Source of the DNA: Candidatus Nomurabacteria bacterium
GTDB lineage: Bacteria > Patescibacteriota > Minisyncoccia > Phycocordibacterales > CAIZLB01
NCBI GenBank assembly: GCA_943356525.1
Contig: CALRFG010000006.1
Location: 4,024-68,023, forward strand
Reading direction: 5' to 3'
DNA: 64,000 bases
Below the pieces are notes generated by a model. It ran no database searches. It was not told the origin of the DNA and saw nothing but the letters and a program-made list of their open reading frames with translations. Shown in pieces: positions 48,773 to 58,277 of the stretch. Each line of letters begins with the position of its first letter. Positions within the stretch are counted from its first letter, which is position 1. Made by a program: the position numbers and the translations under genes.

Positions 48773-49684
48773 ATGAGATTAGTTATATGGGGATTAAAAA
48801 ATGTATATCATACACATAGACATATACACAAAGCTTTTTATGAAAATACAAAGAGGCTTGGTTATGATGTTATATGGGTTGAAGATGATAAAAAGAATCA
48901 AAAGTATATAAAAACCGGAGATATTATTATAGCCTCAGAAGTGCATGGGAAAATGATACCGAAGAAAAATGTATTTGAGGATTATAATTTACCAGTGCGT
49001 AATGATATAAAATATTGTCTACATAATTATAGTGATACATTTAAAATCAAACTGGATAAAAATAATTATATAAATCTGGCTGTATATCAAAATGAGGCCG
49101 ACAAATCAGATATAAAAATAGATGAGTTGAGATATTTTAACTCAATCACAAAGACATTGTATCAACCTTGGGGTACAGATCTATTATTTAAAGATTTTAA
49201 GAAACCCATTTTCAATAAAAATAGATTTGTGTTTTGGATAGGTAGTATATGGAATAATGAACAAAATCAAGGCAATATTAAACAAATAGATGAGTTGAAA
49301 AAAGTCTTAAGTGAGAATAATCTAAAATTTAAACAGCTTAGATTTATACCTGATTTTTTAAATGTTTTTTTTATTCGCCGATCCAGAATTGCTCCTGCGA
49401 TAGCTGGGCAATATCAAGTAAATATAAATTACTTACCATGCAGAATGTTTAAAAATATATCTTACGGTCAACTCGGTATTACCAATGTACAAAAATTTTC
49501 AGATATATTGGGGGATAAATTTATTATAAATAATAATCAAAATACTGAAAGTGTAATAAATAAAGTATTAAATCTATCTAGAGAAGAATATAAAAAAGAA
49601 GTTTTGCTACAACAAGAAAAAATTAAAAATTATACATATAAAGAATCTATAGAAAATATAATACAATGCCTAAACCAACACTAA
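48773..49684 (+). CDS. Hypothetical protein in the glycan locus (possible glycosyltransferase)
   Basis: No recognisable motif. Context only. Confidence 0.3.
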   Translation: MRLVIWGLKNVYHTHRHIHKAFYENTKRLGYDVIWVEDDKKNQKYIKTGDIIIASEVHGKMIPKKNVFEDYNLPVRNDIKYCLHNYSDTFKIKLDKNNYINLAVYQNEADKSDIKIDELRYFNSITKTLYQPWGTDLLFKDFKKPIFNKNRFVFWIGSIWNNEQNQGNIKQIDELKKVLSENNLKFKQLRFIPDFLNVFFIRRSRIAPAIAGQYQVNINYLPCRMFKNISYGQLGITNVQKFSDILGDKFIINNNQNTESVINKVLNLSREEYKKEVLLQQEKIKNYTYKESIENIIQCLNQH

Positions 49685-50478
49685 TCTCAATCACCGGCGG
49701 TCTTGGTAATCAACTATTCCAATACGCCCATGGTCGTAAACTCGAAATCATAGATAAAAAATCGATAGTATTTAACACATCATTTTTCACAAATCCGCAT
49801 GCAAAACAGAACTCACAAAAAGATACTCCTCGCCCATTTCTCTTGGACCGATTTAACATAAATCCTCAAGCCAAATTTTCACCAAACCCCGAAAACGGCA
49901 TCATCAAAATTTTCAAAAAAATACTTTACAAAATCACAGGTAACTATCCCCTGTATCAATCTGAAAGATATTTCGCATCAATCAAAGATACAATCTTAAA
50001 AGAATTTACCCTAAAAAACCCTCTTTCAGACCAGGCTCAGAATGCATATAACAGTATCAGACTACAAACAAATTCTGTGTCTCTTCATATTCGTCGTGGT
50101 GACTATGCAAAAAATCCTCATGCACTTAAACATCATGGATTGATAGAGTTGGATTATTATAAAAAAGCAACCGAATTCATAAAAACAAAAATAAACAATC
50201 CTCTTTTTTTTATTTTCTCAGATGATATAGAATGGGTAAGAAAAAATCTTAAAATTGAAAATTGTGTTTTTATATCAAATCCTAAAATAGCCGAAACTGA
50301 AGAAATGTATCTTATGAGTCAATGTTCACATAACATAATAGCCAACTCAACTTTTTCATGGTGGGGAGCATACCTGAATCAAAACCAAGGTAAGATAGTT
50401 GTCGCCCCTAAACAATGGACAGTAAAAAAAACTGCAGACGAGTTAGAGATAATACCTAAAAACTGGATTCAGATCTAA
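49666..50478 (+). CDS. Alpha-1,2-fucosyltransferase, GT11 family
   Basis: GT11 motifs HIRRGDY, FIFSDD and NSTFSWWGAYL. Confidence 0.85.
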   Translation: MPKPTLISITGGLGNQLFQYAHGRKLEIIDKKSIVFNTSFFTNPHAKQNSQKDTPRPFLLDRFNINPQAKFSPNPENGIIKIFKKILYKITGNYPLYQSERYFASIKDTILKEFTLKNPLSDQAQNAYNSIRLQTNSVSLHIRRGDYAKNPHALKHHGLIELDYYKKATEFIKTKINNPLFFIFSDDIEWVRKNLKIENCVFISNPKIAETEEMYLMSQCSHNIIANSTFSWWGAYLNQNQGKIVVAPKQWTVKKTADELEIIPKNWIQI

Positions 50479-50642
50479 ACTACCTCCAATACCTCAACCC
50501 TTTTTGTCAGTAATGAAAAATCATGTTTAGAAACTGTACTTTTCTTTATCTCAAAAGTAAAATCAGATATCTCTTTTTTAAGTTCTATTTTGGTGACCAA
50601 AATATCATCTTTTAATTCAGTACGTAAACTGTTTGCACTTTC

Positions 50643-50930
50643 TTAAATCTCACCCCTTAATTCAATCTTAGTATTTTCCAAAGACTCCATCATCGAATCA
50701 GCTAAATCAACCATCTTGGCTATCATACGATTTTCTAAAGAAACCATATCAGTTCTAATGCTTGATACATCTTGTTTTAGTACTGCCACATCTTGTTTTA
50801 AATTTGATATATCAACCTTCATCACTGATATATCACCTTTCATACCAGAAAGATCTTCTCTTACGTAAGAGATCTGTGTGTCTATGTGAGTTTTTATCCC
50901 TTCAAAGGCTTGTTTCATTTCTTGATTCAT
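50643..50930 (-). CDS. Coiled-coil hypothetical protein; reading frame stays open for 55 more codons beyond its TAA (to 50475)
   Basis: Heptad-like repeats. See findings for the in-frame stop. Confidence 0.35.
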   Translation of the reverse strand: MNQEMKQAFEGIKTHIDTQISYVREDLSGMKGDISVMKVDISNLKQDVAVLKQDVSSIRTDMVSLENRMIAKMVDLADSMMESLENTKIELRGEI

Positions 50931-51180
50931 ATTGATAATTATATAGACAAAGAACCTTTGGTCAAATTTCTTTAGAACAACAAAGTATCATTTTCATAAG
51001 TCAATAAAAAAGTATAATTTAACTTATTTTTTATAGATTTTGTGTAAAAATATTTATTTAAAAATGCTTTTTTTATGCAAAAAAAAACTTTATCTCGACA
51101 TGTTTTTTTAAAACACCCGACATTATCACCCAAAAATCCATAGACTACCCACCTCAATTCTGATATTCTAAAACCTATAT

Positions 51181-52296
51181 ATGACCATAGAAAATATACC
51201 CCAAACACCAGCACAAATATCCTCTAAAACAGCCCTTCAAAGCCCTAAAATAGGCTCTATAAACACACTTCGCTTCATAGCTGCTATGATGGTCATTTTT
51301 TATCATTATAGCTTTACTTTCTATCATGGAGACTTATCTTATGTGGATATACCTGTACTTCGATACTTATCCCAATACGGTTATCTTGGGGTTGATATAT
51401 TCTTTATAATATCTGGTTTCGTTATAGCTCTTTCAGCCGAAGGTCGAAATGCTTATGCTTTTTTTAAATCCCGTATCGGTCGTCTCTACCCTGTTTTTTG
51501 GATATCTGCAATAATCACAACTTTATTTCTCATATTCGGCGGAAATCTTATATCTTCAGAAATGTCGTTGACTAGATTTTTAACTAACCTGACTATGATA
51601 CCGACCATAATTTGGAGCAAAGAAACTATAGATTTTCTAGATGGAGCCTATTGGACACTTGCTATAGAGATGAAGTTTTATTTTGTAATTTTACTATTAT
51701 TAGTTTTGAAACAATTTAAAAGAATAGAGACTTTTACTATACCTTTGTCCTTACTGATATTATTGTCTGCTGTGTTTTTAAATATTAAATTCGACTCGGA
51801 TTTAATATGGATACCAAATTTCATAGCTGGAGTAATTTTCTATAAAATATATAAAAATGGTTTAAATACTTGGCGTATATTTGCCTTAATAAATACTTTT
51901 ATAGCCTCTTTAATATTTGCATCAAATAGACTACCTTATCTATCTGAAGGTTATAATGCAGTATTCAAATCAAGTATTGTTACTTTATATATACTATTTT
52001 CGTATATCTTTTTTCTTTTAATATCTTTAAATAAAATAAAAATACCTAACAATAAATATATAAATATTCTCGGTCTTTTGACTTATCCTTTATATCTTTT
52101 GCATCAACAAATAGCTCGTATAATATTTAAGTATTCTGAGATACATAATATACCTTTATTCTTCTCATTTACCTTTATATTAATATTTATATTTTTTATA
52201 TCTTTCTTAGTTCACAAGATATTCGAGCGTCGTGGTAAAATAATTCTTGATAAAACTCTTGATAAGATTACACCTAAAGTCCTAAAACATTTTTAA
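51181..52296 (+). CDS. Acyltransferase family 3 (OafA-like O-acyltransferase) membrane protein
   Basis: N-terminal LRFIAAMMVIFYHYSF motif. About 10 TM helices. Confidence 0.7.
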   Translation: MTIENIPQTPAQISSKTALQSPKIGSINTLRFIAAMMVIFYHYSFTFYHGDLSYVDIPVLRYLSQYGYLGVDIFFIISGFVIALSAEGRNAYAFFKSRIGRLYPVFWISAIITTLFLIFGGNLISSEMSLTRFLTNLTMIPTIIWSKETIDFLDGAYWTLAIEMKFYFVILLLLVLKQFKRIETFTIPLSLLILLSAVFLNIKFDSDLIWIPNFIAGVIFYKIYKNGLNTWRIFALINTFIASLIFASNRLPYLSEGYNAVFKSSIVTLYILFSYIFFLLISLNKIKIPNNKYINILGLLTYPLYLLHQQIARIIFKYSEIHNIPLFFSFTFILIFIFFISFLVHKIFERRGKIILDKTLDKITPKVLKHF

Positions 52297-54031
52297 GCGT
52301 ATCTTCATCTATCTCTTTTCTAGCTTCTTGTTTTTTATTTTCTGTTAGAGGTGCTGGGTCCACAGGAATCCCATCTTCTTTTACTTCTTTTTTTATCTCT
52401 TCAAAAGCAACTTGAAAAGGATTGTGAACTTGAAAAGGTTTTTTTATAATATCCTGTCTTGGAATATTTTGTCTATCTTGTACCACTTGCCTATCTTGTC
52501 TTATTTCTCTTCGAGGTGCTTCTGGTCTTGGCTCAGATCTTTGATCATTTGATCTTGCTAGACTTGTATATTCTCTAGTGTCTCTAAAAGGTTCTTTATT
52601 TACATTTTTTTGAATATCACTTTTTGACATATCTCTGTATATTTCTCTTTTTATTTCTGATCTTTGTTCTTGTTTAGGGATATTTCTCACAGGCGGATTT
52701 TGTATAGTTTCTGATTTTGCACTTTTCTCGCCCCCTAGAGTCCACTTCAATATATGCGCTTCGACTTCTTTTCTAGGATGTGAATAAAGTGCCCGAGAGG
52801 ATTCTATAATCTCAGCAACAAAACTTTTTTCAGGTTCTGGCCATGGACCCATACCTGTAGCAGAAAAAGCAGGTGAAGTTACACCGTCTATCATAAGTTT
52901 TAAATACATTTGAAAACGACCGATGTTGGTAAAATCTTCTGGCAAAAAAGTTGGTTTAAACTCTTTTTCAAAGGCATCGGCATCGTCAGCACCTATACGA
53001 TAAGCAATCATTGTTCCCACGTTTCCGAAAATAGCATCGTGTACTATCTCTGTCATTTGTTTAACATATTGATGGGCAACTATAAGCCCAAGTTTATACT
53101 TACGAGCTTGAGATAATATCTGTGCAAATGAATCATTTATAAAGTTTTGAAACTCATCTACATATAAGTAAAAGTTTGGTACATCGCGCATCTCCTTATC
53201 TGACATGTCGGCACGACTCATGGCCGCAAGATATATCTTTGTTACAAAAAGTGAACCAAGTAGATTTACAGCATCTTCACCTATACGTCCAATAGAAAGA
53301 TTGAAAATAATTATTTTCTTTTCATCCATAGCTTTTCTAAAATCAAAAGATGATTTTGTTTGACCAATAATATTACGTATCAATGCATTTGAAATAAACT
53401 GACCTACTTTATTTTGTATAGCAGGTACAGCTTCAGCCACCATCTTATCTGTCATAGAAGCAAATTCTTTTTCCCAATAAGCTTTTACCGTTGGTTCTTT
53501 AAGCCTAGCTATAACGTCGCGGCGAAAAACTTTATCCGATAACATACGGTTAACATCTAAAAGTGTTGCTTCAGGAATTTCTAAGAGTGCTAAAAGCGTA
53601 TAGTTCAGGATATATTCCATACGAGCTGACCATTGATCTTTCCATATTTTTTTAAATGTAGACATCAAACCGGAAACTATAAACTGAGATCTTATACTTG
53701 ATGATGACTCATCTCCAGGTGCTGTGTCTTCAAGCACGTTGAGTGCAATTGGGTTTTCCATATCAAAAGGTGCAAAATATATCACGTCTTTGATACGATG
53801 TTCCGGAACAAACTCTAGTAATAGTTCAGCTGTTTTACCATGCGGATCCAAAAAAGCCATACCTTCACCGTTTTGTATATCTTGTATAGCCATATTTTCA
53901 AGAAGGGTTGACTTACCCATACCAGTCTTTCCTATGGCATACATATGTCGAAGCCTATCTTCTCTTTTGATACCAAATTTCTGCTGCTTACCTCTTGCAT
54001 CGGTTATACCAAAATATGTTATGTCGTTCAT
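52274..54031 (-). CDS. Soluble TraD/VirD4/TrwB-like (FtsK/HerA superfamily) P-loop ATPase, no TM anchor, disordered C-terminal tail
   Basis: Walker A YAIGKTGMGKSTL. Walker B YLYVDEFQNF. Region ..LVAHQYVKQ.. typical of coupling-protein-like ATPases. C-terminal Arg/Gln-rich low-complexity region. Confidence 0.55.
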   Translation of the reverse strand: MNDITYFGITDARGKQQKFGIKREDRLRHMYAIGKTGMGKSTLLENMAIQDIQNGEGMAFLDPHGKTAELLLEFVPEHRIKDVIYFAPFDMENPIALNVLEDTAPGDESSSSIRSQFIVSGLMSTFKKIWKDQWSARMEYILNYTLLALLEIPEATLLDVNRMLSDKVFRRDVIARLKEPTVKAYWEKEFASMTDKMVAEAVPAIQNKVGQFISNALIRNIIGQTKSSFDFRKAMDEKKIIIFNLSIGRIGEDAVNLLGSLFVTKIYLAAMSRADMSDKEMRDVPNFYLYVDEFQNFINDSFAQILSQARKYKLGLIVAHQYVKQMTEIVHDAIFGNVGTMIAYRIGADDADAFEKEFKPTFLPEDFTNIGRFQMYLKLMIDGVTSPAFSATGMGPWPEPEKSFVAEIIESSRALYSHPRKEVEAHILKWTLGGEKSAKSETIQNPPVRNIPKQEQRSEIKREIYRDMSKSDIQKNVNKEPFRDTREYTSLARSNDQRSEPRPEAPRREIRQDRQVVQDRQNIPRQDIIKKPFQVHNPFQVAFEEIKKEVKEDGIPVDPAPLTENKKQEARKEIDEDTLKNVLGL

Positions 54032-54077
54032 GTTGAGATTATATCAAATTTGAACTTGCTTGTATAACCTACTAAAT

Positions 54078-55496
54078 TTACTGAGTATATACTACCGACT
54101 TCTTCATAAAATTAATCAACTTAATCACGTCCCCATTTTTATCATTACTTTTTAATATAACTATAACAACTTTCCGAACCCCTCCTTTAGCTGTTGGTAT
54201 TTCAAATATAGAAGCCGTTGTTTGTAATGCTTGATCTATATAACCATTTTTACCTCCTATATAACCATTAAGTGGAAGCTGTGCATTTCTGTTAAGCCAA
54301 GTATGCCCTTTTATAGAAAATTGTTTTACTCTGGTTGTATCAAAAATAGTTGGATCATTTTTCCAAATATAACGAATAAGTTTTAATAAATCTTTTGGAG
54401 TAGAAGTGTTTTTTGGATCAAGACCTGATGGATCATTATAATATGTATCAACCATACCTATATATGCTGCTTTTATATTCATCTCGTCTAAAAATTGTTG
54501 ATGGCCATAATGATCTGCAAAAACTTCTGCAGCGTCATTAGAGGATTCCATCAAAAGCGGAAACACTAGATCTGACAATCGTATCTTTTCTCCCAGTCTC
54601 AAACCTCCTTGACCACCATAAGTATTTGTCGCATCACTAGACACTATTGCAACATCTTGTAGATTCATTTTCTCTGTTGCTATAATGGCAGTCATTAGTT
54701 TACTAACAGAAGCTATTGGATATATGTCATCTGATTTTTTCTCTAGTATTATCTCCCCACTATCCAGGTCAGCTAGAATAAAAGCTCTTGAACTCAAAGC
54801 GGGAATACTCGCTTTAGTTATCAAATCATATTTGTCTATAAGTAAATCATCAGCAGTATCTCCTCCTCCAATAGATATATCTCCCGTACCGCCTCTTTCA
54901 CCTATCACCAAAGTATTATAACTGTATTTATTTATATTTTCAGTCAAAAAAGCATTTCCTAGACTTTCATCATATCCTATACGTGACACACCTGGAATAT
55001 TTACATTGAAATATTTTGTAATATCTTCATCGACTATTTCTTTTTTAACTATTTCTTCTTCAGGTTGTGTTGTTGTAGACAAAACATTTGTCGAATTATC
55101 TGTATTAATTAAATTATCTATATTAGTTGTAAAAATATCTCTACCTAGATCAGCTCTAACATAAAGTTTTTTTAACTCTTGATCAACTTTTTCCTGATCT
55201 GTTAAATCTTCAATTTGCCCTTGAGTTCTGTCGACCATGTTATCAGTTGTTTTATCAAAGACAAGAAGAATACCTTGTGTTAAAAAAGAAACAACGGATA
55301 TACCTGAAATTAAAATAGCGGTTACTATCAAGCTATATTTAAATAAAGAAGTTTTTTGTTTAACTGGTTCATCTGCTGTATAGTAACCCAAATTTACATC
55401 CTGATTTGATTTTACATAAGAATTAGACTTATCTAAATTTGATTTTAGATTTTCAAGATATTTATGATAATCAGCTTTGTATGGGTTATTTTCCAT
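54078..55496 (-). CDS. D-alanyl-D-alanine carboxypeptidase (S11, PBP5/6-like) with long N-terminal membrane-anchored extension
   Basis: SxxK (ASVSKLMTA), SxN (ESSNDAAE) and KTG-like motifs in the C-terminal 270 aa. Confidence 0.7.
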   Translation of the reverse strand: MENNPYKADYHKYLENLKSNLDKSNSYVKSNQDVNLGYYTADEPVKQKTSLFKYSLIVTAILISGISVVSFLTQGILLVFDKTTDNMVDRTQGQIEDLTDQEKVDQELKKLYVRADLGRDIFTTNIDNLINTDNSTNVLSTTTQPEEEIVKKEIVDEDITKYFNVNIPGVSRIGYDESLGNAFLTENINKYSYNTLVIGERGGTGDISIGGGDTADDLLIDKYDLITKASIPALSSRAFILADLDSGEIILEKKSDDIYPIASVSKLMTAIIATEKMNLQDVAIVSSDATNTYGGQGGLRLGEKIRLSDLVFPLLMESSNDAAEVFADHYGHQQFLDEMNIKAAYIGMVDTYYNDPSGLDPKNTSTPKDLLKLIRYIWKNDPTIFDTTRVKQFSIKGHTWLNRNAQLPLNGYIGGKNGYIDQALQTTASIFEIPTAKGGVRKVVIVILKSNDKNGDVIKLINFMKKSVVYTQ

Positions 55497-55520
55497 TTTA
55501 TATGTATGATAAATAAAATA

Positions 55521-56576
55521 CTATAATATATCTTTTACTGTAACGACTAGCATCAACACTAATAATAATATAAATCCAATACTATTTAAAGTATTAACAA
55601 ACTTGATTGGTAATTTTCTCCTTATAACACCTTCAATAGTCGCTATAATTATACGTCCCCCATCAAGTGCGGGAAATGGTAATATATTCATAGCTGCCAA
55701 TGATATAGATATAAGTATTGTTATAAAAAGTAATGATACAAAACCTTGTTGCGATGAAGTACCTACAACCTTTGCTATACCTACAGGGCCTGAAACCTCA
55801 TCCCATGAACCGTTGCCTGTAAATAATTTTCCAAAGAAAGTTAGAACGCCTGAAAAGATCTGAGTTGTTAAGTTATAAGTTGCCTGAGCACCATAGTAAA
55901 AACTTGGAAATACACCCATAGTAACAATGGCTGTTTCAGCCAATCCTACACCGATTGTGTTATTATCTAGCTTTTCAACTTCTATAGATGATGTAGCATT
56001 ATTTTTAGAAATGATTATAGAAAATGGTGAAGGTGCTTTTTTAATACTTTCTTGTACTTGTTTAATATCGATTGTACTTGAACCGTTCACAGATAGAACA
56101 TAATCTCCCGCAACAATACCAGCTTTATCAGCAGGGCTACCTTTCAATATCTGATGTATAAGAACCTGCCTTTCTCCTTTTATATATTTATCTTGTACAT
56201 CATCAAGTGCTATTTTAGATGTTCCTATAAATAAAGAAAGTGACATTAAAAGCCAAGCAAATAATATGTTGAAAACAACTCCAGCTGAAAGAATTATTAT
56301 CTGCTTCCACGAAGATATATTTTGAAAACTTCTATCATCTTTTATATTATTAGTATCTTCAGGGTTTTCGCCATGTATCTTTACATAACCACCTAGAGGT
56401 AATGCATTTAATGAGTATGTTGTCTCACCTTTTTTAAAAGAAAAAAGTTTTGGAGGAAAGCCGAGTGCAAACTCGTCAACCCTAACTTTAAAAAACTTCG
56501 CAGCCAGAAAATGCCCAAGTTCATGAACAAAAACAAGTATAGATAATACCAATAAAAATAATATTGCAGTTAACAT
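55521..56576 (-). CDS. rseP: Site-2 protease RseP (M50 family) with PDZ domain
   Basis: HELGHFLAAK HExxH in TM1. PDZ region. C-terminal LDGG motif. Confidence 0.85.
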   Translation of the reverse strand: MLTAILFLLVLSILVFVHELGHFLAAKFFKVRVDEFALGFPPKLFSFKKGETTYSLNALPLGGYVKIHGENPEDTNNIKDDRSFQNISSWKQIIILSAGVVFNILFAWLLMSLSLFIGTSKIALDDVQDKYIKGERQVLIHQILKGSPADKAGIVAGDYVLSVNGSSTIDIKQVQESIKKAPSPFSIIISKNNATSSIEVEKLDNNTIGVGLAETAIVTMGVFPSFYYGAQATYNLTTQIFSGVLTFFGKLFTGNGSWDEVSGPVGIAKVVGTSSQQGFVSLLFITILISISLAAMNILPFPALDGGRIIIATIEGVIRRKLPIKFVNTLNSIGFILLLVLMLVVTVKDIL

Positions 56577-57127
56577 TAATTTGTAATTTCTTTTTCTTTT
56601 TTAGCGAATAATATATCGAGCTGTCCCATAGTAGTTTCTATATGTTTATCAAACTCTTTTTTTGCGCGCGTTACATCATCCTCAGACATCAGACCATCTT
56701 TCTTTTGAGTATTCATATCATCATTTACAGAGTTTCTTTCTTGTCTAAGTGACACCCTGGAATCTTCAAGTTTTTCTTTAGCTTGTTTTATAAGTTGCAA
56801 TCTTCTTTCTCCTGTTAGGTCTGGGAAAATAATACGCAAACCTTTTTCATCAACTGAAGTGGATACACCGAGATCAGCTGCTATCACAGCTTTCTCTATA
56901 GCTTTTATAAGTGATCCATCCCATGGTGAAACTCTTATACATTTTGCGTCTTCTATACCTATAGAAGCCACATTTGAAAGTGGTACCATCTCACCGTAAG
57001 ATTCTACCCGGACTTGATCAAGAAAAGCTGTTGAAGCTCTACCTGTTCTGATATTTTGATATTCATTTTGTAACCAAATCTCAATTGACTTGGATTTATT
57101 TAGGAAATTTGAAAAATTATATGACAT
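56576..57127 (-). CDS. frr: Ribosome recycling factor
   Basis: 183 aa. RRF family sequence (..RVESYGEMVPLSNVASI..). Confidence 0.9.
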   Translation of the reverse strand: MSYNFSNFLNKSKSIEIWLQNEYQNIRTGRASTAFLDQVRVESYGEMVPLSNVASIGIEDAKCIRVSPWDGSLIKAIEKAVIAADLGVSTSVDEKGLRIIFPDLTGERRLQLIKQAKEKLEDSRVSLRQERNSVNDDMNTQKKDGLMSEDDVTRAKKEFDKHIETTMGQLDILFAKKEKEITN

Positions 57128-57157
57128 ATATAGAGTATTATAGCATGGGTTTATAGT

Positions 57158-57262
57158 TTTTTCGAGGACTTATGATCGAAATATTAATACTTAAAGTTTT
57201 TTAGCGAATGAGATCATCCGCAGAAAAATTGTTATAATTTTTCGAGGACTTATGATCGAAAT
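57158..57262. repeat. Two copies of a 25-nt direct repeat TTTTTCGAGGACTTATGATCGAAAT (57158-57182, 57238-57262) with 80-bp periodicity, plus flanking inverted repeats AAAGTTTTTTAG / CTAAAAAACTTT
   Basis: Seen directly in the frr upstream intergenic region. Confidence 0.7.
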
Positions 57263-57265
57263 GAG

Positions 57266-58234
57266 CTAAAAAACTTTAGCTGCAACCTCCTCAATATCTA
57301 GCCCTAAAGATCCAACTGTTTCAAACACGAAATCTGGATAATAAAGTAAATAGGTCAATAAAGATGAGCTATGTTGTACAAATATACCTCGTTTTGGATG
57401 TACTGATAGTTTATAAACAACTGACTGCTTTTGAAATGATATTTTAGAAATATTTGTTACAACGTTTTTAACACCCTCCTTTTCTATCATAGAAAGATTT
57501 GCGACTTCAAACATCTCGATTTCATTTACTTTTTTATTTGTCAAAGGTAAGAAAGTATAAAAGTCTTCATTTTTAAAATCAGGAATAACTGCAATATAAA
57601 CTTGTTTTCCTTCAATATACTCTCTAAAAGTTATGTCGTCATACCTATGTCTCAACATATCCAGATTATTGATAAATTCTATTGAATTATATGAAAGATT
57701 TATATTTTTATGATTTTTGTGTTTACTATGTTTAGTTTCTAAGGTGTGTATAGGTAAAAATAATTGTCGTATATATTTTGAAACTATCTCACCTGTAGTT
57801 ATTGCGTTGTCATTATGTTCTTTAATGTTGACATGTATTTGATGAGGAAATCTTATTTTAAAATTTTCCGTATTATTTATTTTTATGAGCTCAGCTAACT
57901 TTTGTGCATTGTGGAAAATCTCATCTTCAGCTTTGTATAAAAAAGTTACCTGTTTAGCAAATAGCTTTGTATTTTGTTTTATATTATCAATAGTGATGTC
58001 GATGTTGTGAACAAATACAAAAACATGGTCATAGCTTTTTAGTTTAACCTCTGGTGTCATTTTTCTTCCATGGATAAGCCATTCACCATCTTGTGTTACA
58101 GATGATATGTCGATATCTATATCTTTATAAATCTTTATAATAGTTTGTTCTAAAGATAAAATATCATCTTGCACACTTATTCTTAGACTTTCTTCAGGTA
58201 TGTATGCTGATTTAATAAATAAAAACTTTTGCAT
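57266..58234 (-). CDS. Hypothetical protein
   Basis: 322 aa. His/Lys-rich segment in the middle. No recognisable motif. Confidence 0.3.
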   Translation of the reverse strand: MQKFLFIKSAYIPEESLRISVQDDILSLEQTIIKIYKDIDIDISSVTQDGEWLIHGRKMTPEVKLKSYDHVFVFVHNIDITIDNIKQNTKLFAKQVTFLYKAEDEIFHNAQKLAELIKINNTENFKIRFPHQIHVNIKEHNDNAITTGEIVSKYIRQLFLPIHTLETKHSKHKNHKNINLSYNSIEFINNLDMLRHRYDDITFREYIEGKQVYIAVIPDFKNEDFYTFLPLTNKKVNEIEMFEVANLSMIEKEGVKNVVTNISKISFQKQSVVYKLSVHPKRGIFVQHSSSLLTYLLYYPDFVFETVGSLGLDIEEVAAKVF

Positions 58235-58277
58235 TAATCTATTATATCGCGGTTAACGTTTTATTACTATATATGTA

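Noticed and set aside
57158-57262. Possible mini CRISPR array
   Set aside because: There are only two repeat copies and no cas genes, and the repeat lacks the typical CRISPR internal palindrome and spacing. More likely regulatory or duplicated sequence.
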